Shown here in pieces: positions 22,691 through 41,939 of a DNA stretch of 64,000 nucleotides (its first letter is position 1; each line of letters opens with the position of its first letter). The notes under the pieces were generated by a model that was not told the DNA's origin, made no database searches, and worked only from the letters and a program-made list of their open reading frames with translations. Position numbers and translations under genes: made by a program. Source of the DNA: Lama guanicoe (lineage: Eukaryota); assembly GCA_013239625.1 (NCBI GenBank), contig MU055753.1, positions 3,892,153-3,956,152 of the forward strand. The letters are read 5' to 3'.

Positions 22691-24065
22691 CTATACACAC
22701 CTTGCCCCCCAGGCCTGGCCAGCCCCCAGGAGGCTCATTCCTGGGGTGATTCCATCCATGCCCATTGCCCCCACACCATCGGAGCTTGAGTCTCCATCTA
22801 CCCAACAGGCATTTGGAGAGTGACGGGAAGAAGCCAAGTATGACCAGATTCCTTCCTAGGGTACACAGCCCTTCCTTGTCTTAGTTCCTCCAGAGACCCA
22901 TGCCCGTGTGGGAACAGAGATATAAGCCATGAGATGAGAGACCAGCAGACGCTCTAAGCGCCTGATTAACAATGTGAGTTCTGCTCCGCAGGGCGTCAGG
23001 TGGGCACTGAGGTCTCAGAGGGGGCCAGCCTCACGTGGGCCAGTCCAGGCTGGGGGGCGTGGATGTCCCAACACGGCCCCATGGCACAGCCACCTGCTCA
23101 GCCTGGCTCCATCTGGGTGGCTGCAGGCATGTCAGCGGCCAAGCCTGCAGCGGCCCAGCTTGGCCAAGACCCTCCTCTCCCCACGCCCCACACAATCGCT
23201 CAAGACGCTCTCCATCTGGGTTGCCACCTGGGCCATACACCGCCCCAGTGCGCGTCTTAGCTGGGTGCTCGGTGAGTGTGTGCACACAAGCATGCAGGGC
23301 TTCCAAAGACCCCTCACGTGGTGCCTGGAGGGACCACCTCTGCATGGCTGGGCTGACGTGAAACAGAGAACAGGGTGGGCCACCAAAATGCAAGGAGTCC
23401 GAGCACATGTACACATGAGGCTCACACCCCACTCAGAGGGGCAAGGTCACTGCACACATGCATGCACTCAGCACAGCACGCACACACCCCCACCCCCAAA
23501 ACACACACAATCACAGCCACTCATAGTTGTGGACACACATACACTCGCCCTGCTACCCAGGGCTCAGGGATTGCCAGTGGGCTGAGCAGGGCAGGGCTGG
23601 GGCAGCTGGACATTAGGAGCAGGCCATCTTCCCTGTTGGTTTTTGGGCTCTGCACACAGCAGGCAGTCGTGTCTGCTGCCCCCAAACACTGGGTAGGCAC
23701 CTCCATTAATGGAAACGGCCAGAGGGGTGGAGAGTACTGCCCATCTGAATGGACCCTGCAGAGGAGAGGTTGGCATGGCTGTGGCCAGGGTGTGGAGGGT
23801 GGCACAAGCAGAGCTTAACTGATCGGCTTGTGAATGAATGTCTGTATCTAGGAGGGGACGGGGCTCTGAGAGGTGTGCAGGGGTTGAGAGGACGGGGCTG
23901 GGGCCAAGAAAGGAACTGCGGCTCTCCAAGGAGCTGCAGGCACTCACTGGACATGACGATGGGTGCAGAGGCAGGCCCCCTCCCCGCCCCCTACCCCCCC
24001 AAAAAACAGATGACAAATGGGTGTGTGAGATCTGGAGACAGAGGCGGCTGTGCTGGGACCATCGA

Positions 24066-24202
24066 TCACCCAGCCCTGGGAGCCACACAGCTGTGCTGCC
24101 TGGTGCCACCACCCACCCCACCTCCCAGCCACATCAGTCACCCAGCCCTGGGAGCCACACAGCTGTGCTGCCTGGTGCCACCACCCACCCCACCTCCCAG
24201 CC
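24066..24202. repeat. Tandem duplication: two identical 65-bp copies (24066-24130 and 24138-24202), period 72
   Basis: tcacccagccctgggagccacacagctgtgctgcctggtgccaccacccaccccacctcccagcc occurs twice. Confidence 0.95.
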
Positions 24203-24849
24203 GAGCCCCTGGACTGGGGGGGGGCTCCTAAGCCTCTGGACTAAGGAAGCAAAGGGCTCTCCCTGTGCCCCCTTTTCAGATCAGTCACCTGGTTGTGGGG
24301 TTGTTGGGGGGGGCTTGGTTGGGAACCATCTCAGCAGCTGCTGACTCCCCGGAGACCCAGAGGATGCCTGGCCCCAGCCCAGCATGCTTGTGCACAAGCA
24401 GAAGATACCCCCAGACACCAGCACACACCCCCACACACCCAAAGGCACATTCATTCGCACACGTGTCCCAACCCGTGACAAGGTGCATGCTCCCAGGGTG
24501 GCCTGCACCCGCAGTGTGCCTGCCCAAACACTTGGTTCCACTATCCTTTCCCTGTCTGGGAGAGAACTAGTGACTGGCCAGGAGCCGAAGGCCCCACCCC
24601 AGGGTGGGAGAGGGGGCACGCATCTCCTGGAGCCACCACCAGCCACCAGGGGATTATTGCTCACCCTTCCCTGCTGGCTCCCTTGGGACTTGGGGATCAT
24701 CCCACAGGATGTGGTGCAGAGGAGGTGACCAGGCTCCTTGGCTGAAGTCGCGACCCCAACCTCCCTTCCCAACTGCTTTATCCTACTCAACCTCGCTGGG
24801 GAGGGCGCCCTCCCACAGGGATGGGGCTGCTGTGCCCAAATGGTCCCGG

Positions 24850-25760
24850 TGCGCAAAGCCTGGACGCCGCGAGGTGGGGGACATTGAGGATGGAGCTGAC
24901 CCGCCCGCGCCCCAAAAATCCTAGCTTCCCGCCGTCCCCACGCCCCTTGCGCCCAGCCCGGCCCCACGCAGCCCTTAAACTTCGTCCGACGCGCGCCCGC
25001 CCGCCCTACCTGCGCCCCGGGTGGAGCGGAGCGGGCAGAGCCCGGGTAGGTCTGCGTGTGGCCCCAGGACCGGGCGGGAACTTCCCGCTCCGCCTCGCCT
25101 GGCGCCCGTCCCCGCCCGGCGCCCGCCGCGACCCGGCACCCCGCGAGACCCGCACAGGCTCTCGGGGCCGCAACTCGGACTCCCGCAGGGGAAACTGAGG
25201 AGCATCCTCCGCGGGGTCTGCGGTCACTCACTCGGCAGCGAGTCCCCGAAGCGTCAGCCACGGACCGCGTCCCCCCGACGCCGACTCGCACCTACCGAAG
25301 TTGGCGGCAGGAGCGGCCGCGCTTGCGCCACGGCATCGGGCTCCGGGGGGCGCAGCGACCTCCGACCCGGGCTCGCGGGGGGAGGGGGGTGCGGGAAAGC
25401 CAACAGCCGTCTCCCCTCTGCCACCTCAGGTGTCCCCTGCCCCAGTCTCTTCCCGTCTACTGCCCACAGTCTCACGCCATCCCCCGCGCACTCACCGGCC
25501 TTGCGCGCTCGGGAGCCGCTCAGCAATACCCGCAGCTCCCGTAACTCATGGATGGAATGGTGGCCGGTGACATCGGTGGCACCACACGAGCAGGGCAAGG
25601 ATGGGCGGCGGCGCGGAGGAGCCCGGAGTGGAGACGCAGGTGTGCGGCCGAATGAGGGGCGCCTGGCACGGTCTCCGCCCCCATTGCCTGCAGGCTGCCG
25701 CGGGGGTGCAGCAGAGGCGGTCAGGTCTCCCGGGGTCCACACAGCGGTGTGATGGGGTGT
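24850..25760 (-). promoter_or_regulatory. PRR35: PRR35 CpG-island promoter and non-coding first exon(s)
   Basis: CpG-dense; consensus minus-strand donors with exon ends at 25010 (CAG|GTAGGG), 25232 (CGA|GTGAGT) and 25496 (CCG|GTGAGT). Confidence 0.7.
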
Positions 25761-28700
25761 CATTGGCCGAGGGCTCAGGGAGTGGGGACGTCAGCACTCA
25801 TCTGTCAGGCTGAGGGCTGAGCCCCAGGACAGGGGGTCTTTGGGGAGCAGAGCCAGCCTAGGGAAAGCTGCAGCCCAGCCCAGAAGGGTACAGAGTTTGG
25901 CTCCTGGAGGGCTGGAGCCCGGTGCATACAGTGGAGCACATCTACTTCCCTGGGCAGGACTTGCCTTCAGTGCCCTTCCCTGTTCTCCAAACAGGAGGCT
26001 GAATGGGTCTGCATCCCAGACCCCTGCCCTGCCCACTGACAGCCACTGGCTCAGGAAGGGAGGGTCACATGCACTTACTTCCCCTTTCTGGAAGCATTAC
26101 CCTCTAGCAATCACTCCTTACTCCCCTGCAGGTGCCCAAGGAAGGCTGCTGGGCTGGACGCTGCACCACTCATCTCTCCACCAGCTGTCCCTCCTGGGAG
26201 GACCAGGGGTGAATGAGGTTGGGACAGAGAAAGGGCTTCATGGCCAGAGCTGCTCCCAGCCCCACGTCCCAGGGTACCAGGTTCCATGTTGATCTCCAAG
26301 CTGTCCAAACTTAACAGTCTGGGGTCCCACTTCTCAGCTGGATCCTAGCAGAAGTTTGTCTGACCAGCCAGTTCCATTCCAGACTTGGACACAGACACGT
26401 AGGACAGGACAGTTGGGTTTCTCAGGGAATTTCTGCCTTTGTTTAGGGTAAGGTGCCTTAACCCACAGATGTGTGGTGTGCCACTGCGGGCTTGGGACAG
26501 GGTCTGCCATTGGAGGGGTGCGTGCTGCTCCAGCTCACTCCGTGGAGGCACAGAGGGCCCCATGAGGGTCCACTTGGCTCTCCTTGCAGGCTCAGCTACA
26601 GGTTCCTGGGGTATCCCAGCTCAGTTTGTGGAGCAGGGGCACTCTGGGGAAGGAAGGAGTACCCTGCAGGGGTCCAAGGGGTGGGGAACACTGGGTCCAC
26701 AGTCTTTCATCTCCTGGGCCCTGTGAGCCTGGCCTTGGTCTCCCCATCTGTGCTGGAAGGTGACAAGTCACAGCCTAGTTGTTGGAGTTATGGTCAACCA
26801 TGATGGGTGTCTGTAAGGAGCAGGGCACCGTGGTTCTGGAGGCATCCAGTGCAAGGACACTGAAGTGAGGGTGGCTACCCAGTGTCACCTTCCCTGATAC
26901 AAGCGGGGGAGCCCCACTTCTCCCCATCAAGTCCCCGGGGCAGGGCAAAGCGCCCCAGACTTTTCCTCTCCACCCACCTGGCCTGGCCCAGCTGACCAGC
27001 TGACCGTGCAGGCTGCTTGAGGCCAGGAGACAGCTTGAGCAGTCGTGACGCCAGCAGCCCTGTGGAGAGTGGGGGCCGGGAGGTCTGCTCCTTCTGCCCA
27101 TGAACCCCACTCCAGACATATTCAGCCAGGCCTGGGCCCCTTGTCTTGGGCACTGCTCACTCTGAGACAGTGGGGTGGGGGTCCCAGGGATGGCTCTGGG
27201 ATTCCTGGCCCGGACTTCTGCCCCTTCTGAGGGCCTGGGAGAGGCCATGCTGCCAACATAGGGGGTGGGCTGGTTGGAGGCCATTGCCGTCCTCTAGGGG
27301 AAGGAAGGGGCTGGATTGGGAAGCCCTTGTTCTGGGCACCCCAGCCTCTCAGCATATGGAGAGGACAGCCAGTGAAGCCAGGTAACCAAGGAGTCCTGAG
27401 GAGGGGGAAGGGGCCAGGACTCTGGGCCTTGGGAAAAGCAGGAGGAGTCCAGAGAGGACAGCTCAGCAGCAGCTGTGGAGGCAGCCCCTGTGGATAGGCC
27501 TTTCCAGAAGTTCGAGTGGGAGGAACTCAGCAGCCAAGGAGACTCACGACCTGGGGAGTGTCTGGGCTTCCAGGTTGGGTATTGCTGGGAGTGCAGGGGG
27601 CCCTGAGCTTGCTCCTGGGGTCCCAAGATCTCTGCTGTGGCTGCAACCTAATGGGTTACACATGGGGGTGGAGTCAGGTCAGCCCATCGGTGCACGGATG
27701 ACATCCCACCATCCGTGACCAAGCGAGGCTGGGACAGCAGTGCCAACCCCTGGTGCCCCATGCTCTCTGCCTGAGGCACTCCTAGGCACATCTGCTCCTT
27801 CACAGCTGGCACAAGTTGTGCCCGATGCCTGTCCCACTTTCCACCCGAAAAGGAGTGGTAGTAGTCATGACCCGCCTGCTGAGACCCGCCCCTGGCATGC
27901 TGGGATAAGCATGGGCCCGGGGAGGTAGCCCCTGCCCCCTGAGGTGGTGTCAGGAAGCCTCATGCTTTGGGGCTTGGTCCCCATTTGGCCCTGAGCCCTG
28001 AGAACCCTGCCCATGCTCCCTGGACCTCAGTCCCCTCGTCTGCAGATTGGCTGGTGGCAGATTTGGTCTCTGGGTGCTTCTGGCACCAGTGGGGTCCTAG
28101 GGAGCAGCCTTCTCTCCTCAGCTGGTCCTGGTGCAGGCAGCCCCTCCCTCTGCCCCCAGCCATAGGCATCTCAGCCATTAACCTCCTCTGCCCGCTTACC
28201 CACGGCCTCCTGCCTGTCACCTCCATTAATGCCAGTACTTGTGTGCCAGGGGCACGGTGGGCAGGACGGACAGTGGGCACAGGGAAGGTAGGGAACAGTG
28301 GCGCAGTGCCTGGAGCAGGCCTGTCTCATCCCCTCAGTGTCCACAGATAGCCCTCACCAAGACAGGTGTAGGAGGTGGGCCAGCCTCTGCACGCCCAGTG
28401 GGTAGAGGGATAGGGTGTTGAGCCCCTAGACAGAGTCTCAGAGCCCCTGGGAGGGGTCAGTACCAAGCAGGATGATGGCCATGGCTCATATTCACCCTGA
28501 GGCACATGGTAGCCCCCAGAGGGTCTGAGCCCCACCCCCACCCCCAGGCCAGAGCACGGGCTGTGCTAGGCACTTCCTCCTCCTTGCCCATTCAAGGTAG
28601 CCTCAGGGACCCCCATCTCGTTCAAAGTGGGCAGGGCCATACCTGAGGGCCCTGGACACCAGTCTGAGTCCTGTGACCCTGAGAGCTCTGGGAAGCCATA

Positions 28701-31472
28701 GCAGGTTCACAGCAGGTTTGTGAGGGAGCAGTGGAGCCAGAGTGATGAGGCTGGGTGACTGTATGGTCAGGGCTGCAGGGAGGTTTGGGGGAGCACCCTT
28801 ACTATAGACCTGTGAGGATGGGCAGAGTGTGGCCCACGGGGGCACACTCAAGGCCCAGGGATACTCCAGGGAGTGTTTGAGGGTCTGCCCAAGCTGGCCC
28901 AGGGACATGCGGTGGAGCAGGCCCACATGGAGGGAGAGGGCGTCCATCTTGGAGGCTCCTGGCACCCCAGGAGAAGGCCCCTGTCTGACTGCTGGGTGGC
29001 TGACCCCTGCCTAGTGACCCCAGCCTGCCCCATACCTGTTCACTGTAGTCCCTCCCCACAACTAGCTCCCTCCTTTGGGACCCCCACCTGCTATCCCAAA
29101 CCATCCCCCACAATGTGCTCCACCTCAGGACCTGTGTGATCATTGGACACCCCTGGGGCAAGGTATGGCGTGACCCTCTTCGCCTTAGACCCTGGGACAG
29201 ATGGGCTCTAGGATGCTCTCTGGAGGCACCAAGGGGCTGCAGTGGGAGTGAGCTCCCCATCGTGGGAGGCATGCAAGCTAGGGGCAGGGGCCTTTCAAAT
29301 CACAGAGGGAGCAGCCTGGCGAGGCGGGTGGGAGGAGCGGCTCAGGCCACGGAGCCCCCACCCAGCTTCAGAGCTGCACTGGCCGAGCAGTGCCTGGGGC
29401 CGACAGCAACCATATGTTGGAAAAGGAGCTGTGTGCGTCCCTCTGCGGCCCCGGGGGCCCGGCCTTCCTGGGCCTGTCACAGGCGATTTTCCCTGCCTGA
29501 GTGGCAGGCCGGCCAGCGGGCGGGGCGGGCGGGGGCTGCGGGGGCTGCGGAGCCGCTCTAGGTCCATCAGCACTGGTCCTGCCACTCGGGGAGATGCAGG
29601 TGCTGGGCCTGGAGCGTGAGACCACCCATATCCCACTGGACACTTCCCCCTGTGGTCATCCCCATCCAGGTCAAGGTCGGGGGCCCTGAGAGGAGCCCTG
29701 GACAGCAGGCAGGACCGGCCTGCTGCTCCATTGTGGGCAGGTGCCTGGAGCAGGCAGGAGAGTCAGCCCAGCGCCCAGAGCCCAAAGCTGAGCGGAGGAG
29801 GCGGGAGGCCGCGGCTAATTTGTACACTAAGTGCTTCTGACAGGGATGCCTCACAAGTGAGAACACACCACTACTCGCCTCAGGAAGGCTGCGGCCAACG
29901 GGTGGGCAACCAGGCGGCCTGGGTGAGGGGCTGGAAGAGGGACCGTAGGGGGAGCTGCCCAGCAGAGGGCCTGGCAGAGATGGGGAGGGGGCCAGGGACA
30001 TGGGAAGGGGAAGGTGGGGATGAGACAGGGAGAGAAGTGGGCTCAAGACCAGGAGCCCCAGTGGTCAGAGGGTCAGAGACGCAGTAGGCAGTAGGCTGAG
30101 CAGGGAGCCAGGGCCAGACAGTGCAGAGGTGGCTCTCCCTTGTCCACTTCTCACACCTGGCCTGGGCCCAGGTGCCACCCTGTGATGGCCAAGGGCATGG
30201 GGGACAAAGTCCCCTCTCAGGCTGGCTCCCCCATCCTCTCCTCACAGGAGCTACCTCCCCAGGAGCCCCCGACCCTGGCCAGGCCTCCACCTCCACCCTG
30301 GCCAGCACTTCCCATGAGCTTTCACGTCCTGACAAAGCATCCCACCTGCAGGTCCCTGACTCCTCCTGACACTTTGTACTCTTTGGGGCTGGGGGCTTCT
30401 GGCCCTCATTTCCCTCAGCCCCTCCCTGATGGAGCAGGGGTGGGAAGAGGGTGCTGGTTGGGGCAAGCTGGGCTCTGCAGGCCAGTTGACAGGGTGGGCA
30501 CACAGCCCCATCCCACTGTGGAGACCCCTGCCTGGGTGCACAAGGATGTTGGACACCTGCTGTCAAATTTCGCTTCCTGGGCCTTCCTGGGGCTGGAGGA
30601 ATGCAAGTCCAGTCTGCCCAGGAGGCCCCAGGGGTGGTGGAGCCAGCTCTGTGCCAACATGGGGGTGCACACGGCTGTCCCTGCAACCCCCACTCCTGGG
30701 ACAAAGTCCAGTGTGGCCGGCGCAGCCATGGTGGAGGAAGGCGGGCGTTTGCGGGCGCCGAGGTGAGATGTGTTGTGGCAGCTCCCCCGCTGCCCGAGGC
30801 CCGCCCGGAGCGAACACTGCTGGTGGCTTTAATTGCTTTCACATTCGATAGGCTGGCCTGTGACAGGCCTCTTACACCCTCCAAGCGGCCTCTGCACCCT
30901 AGCTCCCCTCTCAGCAGCCCTCCGTCCAGGGAGACCAGCTTCTGCTGTGGATCCTGCCCAGGTGCCCAGTCTGAGACTGCCAACTGCGTGCCCAGCCTCG
31001 GCTACCACCTGTGCAACAAGGACGGCAGGGAAGGGGCACGCAGACCAACTTTTCTCTCCACACAGCCCCTTGCTCCATCTGCTTCTCTGAATGACTCTGA
31101 TGGATTCAGACAGGCCCTCCGAACGCAGGTGTCTCTCTGGGAAAAGCTGCGCATGCATACAGTCTCTGCCTGCATGGGGCTGAGGCCTTGTGGGGATCAG
31201 TCTGCCAACCATCGTGAGGTCTGGCCTGAGCCTTCCCGCACTCCATCCTTCCTGGGGCACAGGCAGCTAGTGAGCAGGGTGTCCCTCAAGGCTCCCTGTG
31301 GGGCTGACCTCAGGCCCTGGCTGAGCAATCCCCACCTCCCAGGAGCTGTCGCCAGGTGGGCCTGGGTGCTCTCCAGCATAGTTCTGCCCCTGAAGGGGAG
31401 GGGAGGGGCCTGGAATCCCTCGGGGAGAGGGGAACAGACAGATGAGGAGGAATCGTTACAAAACAAAACATT

Positions 31473-31478
31473 TTTATT
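31473..31478 (-). terminator. CAPN15: CAPN15 polyadenylation signal AATAAA
   Basis: tttatt on +, about 1.25 kb past the stop, at the end of an AU-rich UTR segment. Confidence 0.8.
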
Positions 31479-32230
31479 TGGTCCTTCGGAGCCTGAGTCT
31501 GGGAACACCCATGGAGTCATCCTATAGGGATGGTACTGACAATTGATAAAATAGTCTCTGCGTCAGAAGAGCTGCCGTATGTACAGGGTTAAAAATACTC
31601 ACAGCTCAGGTAAAAGGAGAAAGTATAAAGGAGGTCCAAGGGGTAGCCTAGTGCTTCTGGTTGCTTCTCCAGGTGTAAGCCCACCCCCTGCAAGCCCCAT
31701 GGGAAGTGAGGGGCAGTGGGCAGGGCCACCTGCTACCTGGGGGCCGCAGGACAGGGGGCCGGGTGGGCCTCGGGGAAGCTGGCCTCAGACATCCCTGGGC
31801 AGATACAGAACTCAGGGCAGAGCAGCCATGGGGAGGATGCTGGGCTTCTGAGGTGGGGAGAGGCTGGGAGGGGCCGCACCCTGTGTGTGCCTGGATAGGG
31901 CTGGCCAAGGATTTCTGCTGGACTGTGTTCCTCCCGGCAGAGGTCAGGTGGTGCCTACCTCACCTAGCAGCAGAGCTGGGCTCAGGCCCACCTGACCTGC
32001 TGCCCCCACTGCAGCCCAGGACATGGCTTCGATCCTGGCTGGCACTCCAGGAATTGCATAGTGTCCCTCCCCACCCTTACTTGAGCCCATGGTCACCAGG
32101 CACCTGCTTCCTGGGACACACTGCTGGACTTCAGGGACTCCTACGTGCCTCATGGGGGTTGAGGGGGGAGACAGGTACCAGGGCCAAACTGGGGAGAAAA
32201 AGCTCCTGATCTCATGCCCCACTAGGGGAG

Positions 32231-32400
32231 TAGTCCCTGCTCTTGCCCTGGGGTTCTGGCCTGTGACCCCCCAAAGAGGTGGTCCCTGTTCTCATCCTGG
32301 GGTCCCGGCTTCTGGTCCCTGCTCACCCCAGCGTCCTGGCCTCTGACTCCCACAGAGGAGCTGGTCTCTGCTCTCACCCTGGGGTCCTGGCCTTTGAACC
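32231..32400. repeat. Degenerate minisatellite (4 units of about 33-50 bp) in the CAPN15 3'UTR
   Basis: Repeated ggtccctg(c/t)tc(tc)accctggggtcctggcct core. Confidence 0.7.
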
Positions 32401-32718
32401 GCCCAGATTTGGTTCTGTGAATGGAGCTCTTGGCTGCCTCACCCAGGAAGGAGGCCCTAGCAGTCTGAGCCCGACCTCAAGGTGGGCTGGTCAGAGGGGC
32501 TGCCACATAGCCCCTTTGAGCTAAAGGCCAGTTCGAGGTATTCTGCTTGGGCTGGGAGGCCCTGGACAGGAGGAAGGGGCAGGGAGGAAGGCCCAGGGGA
32601 AGCTGCACCCTGTGGCTGGCACTCCCTAGTTTGGGTCCTGAGATTCTGGTTCAAGCGTCCTGTGTTGGGGTCTCCCTCATAAAGTGCGTGTGGGGGCAGG
32701 CAGGTAGGCGTGGGGCGG

Positions 32719-38526
<5,808 letters not shown>

Positions 38527-38575
38527 GGGCCCAGGCGAGTGCGTGTGGCTGCAAGGAAAGGCAGCAGTCAGGGAG

Positions 38576-39480
38576 TGTTGACAAGATTGTCAAGATCATT
38601 TGATGGGGAGTGAATGGTCTTTTCAACAAACGGTGCTGGGAAAACTGGATCTAAATGCTGAAAAATGAGATTGGACCCTTACCCTACCCCATATTCAAAA
38701 ACTAACTCAAGACAGACCAATGACCTAAGTGTAGGAATGAAAACTAGAAAACTCTTAGAAGAAGAGAGAAAAGTAAACTTTCACAACCTTGGATTTGGCA
38801 GTGATGACACCAAAAGCACAGGTAAATAAAGGAAAGTAAGAGGACTATATCAAGATTAGCAACTTTCATGCTTTAAAAGACACCACTGAGAAAGTGAAGA
38901 GAACCCACAGCATAGAAAGTATCTGCAAATCATGTAACTGATAATGCTCTAGTATCCAGAATATGTAAATAGTTCTTCAAACTACACAACAACCAACCTG
39001 TCTTAAAAATGGGCAGAGGACTTGAAGACACAAAGAGATCCAGAATCAAAAGGGAGACTGAAACAGTGTTGGCAAGAACATGGAGAAACCAGAATCTTTC
39101 CTACATTGCTGGTGGGACTGGAAAACAGTTTGACAGTTACCCCAAAAGTTGAAGAGGACCACCATGTGACCCAGCAATTCCATCCCTGGGTCCACACTCG
39201 AAGAGCTGAACACTGGCGCACTTCACAAACACACACAGCAGATCTGCTCACAACAGTCAAAAAGGTGGAAACCACCCAAGTATCCATCAATGAATAAATG
39301 GATAAACAAAATGTGGAATGTTATTCAGCCACCATGGAGGATGAAGAACAACACACTACAACACAGGTGAGCCTTGAGAGACACAAAAGGCCATGTGCGG
39401 TGTGATTCTGTCTGCAGGAAATGTTCAGGACGGGCAAATCCAGCGGGAGAAAGGAGCTGGAAATCCCTAGAGGGGAGGGA
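38576..39480 (+). mobile_element. Old LINE-1 (L1M-type) fragment, end of ORF2 and 3'UTR
   Basis: tcttttcaacaaacggtgctgggaaaactggat..., acccagcaattccatccctggg, tatccatcaatgaataaatggataaacaaaatgtgg; A-rich and frame-broken. Confidence 0.85.
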
Positions 39481-41939
39481 GGGAACAGGAGCATCTGGGG
39501 GTGGGCAGCGCTGGCCTTTTGACCTGCCTTTCGAGGGCTAATCCAGGTGCGAGCGGGTGTTTACACTCCTCAGCACACACAGTCTCCCACACTGACTGGA
39601 GTCGCTCTGCTCGGCAGAAAAATCAGTTGTTCTTCACAACAAGGCATGAAGCTTGTGCTTCTCATGCTACGTTTGTGCCAAACCCTTCAGGAAGAAAGAA
39701 AACTTGCCTCTTCAAAAACAATAAACTAAAAACCTCCCCCGAGCAGCACGACTGTTTCTCGGCCCAGAGCAAACTGTGAAGCCGCCCTGTGTGGCTGAGA
39801 CTTAAGAACTGCCCACAGCTTTGCCCAGGGCGCCCACGCGGATGGGTAGGGTGGGTAGGTGGGGGCATCCAGCACCAGCAGGGTGGCCTGGCTAGGTCAG
39901 CTTTGGCCTTGGCCTTTGTACTACGAAAAGCCAAAGAAATCTGCCTGGAGACGACCGGGGGTTCCCCTACAACCAGGGCTCCCCGCTCAGAGAAGGGTCC
40001 ATGCTTAAGGCATGGGCACATGTGTGCCCACACAGACAGACACACAGACAGACACACACACACTGGGTCCTGGGCAGCCTCCGCCCAGGCCCCAGGCTCA
40101 GAGGATGGTCACTCCCAGTGTGCCCCACCTGGCCTGGTCACATGGGCCTGCAGAGCTGGTCTGACCTTTTGTAGACCACCTGCTGCTGGGAGAGGTCTCC
40201 AGGGACAAGATTCAGGCCCCTGCCCCCAGCACAGGACAGGTGGGCTGGGGCCCTCCTAGGACACACCTGCCCTTGGCTCCCGATGGTTCCAGATGCGCTG
40301 AGCAGACCCTGGGGGAGAGAGGGAGCCCAAGTCTCACCAACCCTCACGACCCCATGATGGGGTGTCACGACCAGGACAGGCGTGACACAGGGCAGGTTTC
40401 ACAGCAGTTCTGGTGTACCAGCTGAATCAGGAAGATTGTGTGTGGAGTTCAGAAAGTTTGCCTGAAAACACTGCCTGGAGGTCAAATACAGCCCCAGGGA
40501 GGCAGAGGGAAGCCCAGGGCTGGAAGGAGGCAGTGGGGGCTGCGTTCTCTCACCCCTGTGGCCCACACCTCAGTCCGTACCTCAACATCACCGGCTGGGC
40601 TGAGACAAGGTGACCCAGGGGTTGGTGATCGGGTGTCCTGAGGAGCCCTGAGCAGGGAGCTTGCCAGAGGGGATCCTGGGCCTGAGTCCCACTCAGTTCC
40701 CCAGCTCCCCAGCTCCAGTCTCTACAACCCAGGGTCACTCTCACGGCCACCTTGCCTCACTAGGGGCCCAGGCCTGGGATCCTTACAATGTGTGAAGGTG
40801 AGGGCAGACCACAGACAAAGCCTGGAACTAAGAGATAGGCACCCAGAACCCAGGGTCAAACCAAAGCCTCAACCCAACCCCTCCCATGCTCATGCAGAGG
40901 CCACCACACCCACCTCCAGGACATAGAGGAAACGACTCAAGTTACTCCTCACGACAGAAAGGCTGAGTGGGAAACTGAGGTGACTGTCCAGGAAAACCCG
41001 ACACCGAATGCCTGCTCTGCTCTCAGTTATCTGGGAGCAGCAACACTTGGCCCCAACTCAAGAGAGAGGTGATGGAGGTGCCCAGGACATTCCGGGGACA
41101 CCTGGGGACAGGCAGGGATGGCCTACCACCACCTTGGGTGCAGCCCAGGCCTGGGAGATGGCCTCCTCCTTCCCAGGGAAGCTGAGAGCAGTTAGTGGTC
41201 TCTGCACTCAAGGACCTCAGTCAGGCCACCAGACCTGAGGCCAGGCTCCTGTGCAGGATGTGGCTACCTGTCCCCTGACCCTCGCTGGTTCTGAGGTATA
41301 CCTAGGCGCCTCCCTCTGAGATCACCCTCAGCTTGCCTCGGTTGTCCTCTGTCTGTGTCCCCAGGGAAGGCCTGGAGCTTGCAGGTGGTTGACACCCATA
41401 TCAATGGGGATGGGTGACATGCCCAGACATGGAGGCTCTTCAGTGAGTGGGGCAGCCTAGGGCTGGTTTCTTCACCGTGCGCATGCCCACTGGAGCAGGG
41501 GAAGGGTCTGCCTGACTGTGTCCCATGCACGTGCCCAGCTGCCCCTGAGGTGCCAGAGCAGCACATGTGCGTGTCCAGGTATCCAGGTGTAGGTGCAAAG
41601 AGGGGTTCTGCTGGGCCGCCTGCCTTTCTGCCCTTCTTCCCACCATCTGCCACGTCCAGCTCCCTGCACTGTCCCTTCTCACTGCTAGCCTGGGTGTCTG
41701 GACTCCTCGAGGTCACTAACAGCACTTCCTCCTGATCCGCTCTCAGTGGTGTCTGGTGGTCGGGCCGCCTGCCTTCATTGCCTGGGGAGGGGCCTGGCAG
41801 GAGGGAGAGAAGGAGAAAGGGCAATGTCACCCAGGCCACCCGCAGGACAGTGTGAGCCAGGGTCCAACAGGCCCGAGCAGCCTGGGGTACGGGGTCTCCA
41901 TCTCACTGCTGCTTGCTTCAGGCCCAGCCTCCCTCCTCA

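Noticed and set aside
24281-25763. ORFs of 240-340 aa across the PRR35 CpG island (likewise 51525..52397 and 52467..53204 at CAPN15)
   Set aside because: CpG islands are depleted of stop codons, and the translations are R/G/P/A-rich without homology.
29880-31527. Long ORFs 29880..30983 (-, 367 aa) and 30601..31527 (+, 308 aa)
   Set aside because: Low-complexity P/G/A/R/W composition typical of stop-poor GC-rich non-coding DNA; no recognisable motif.
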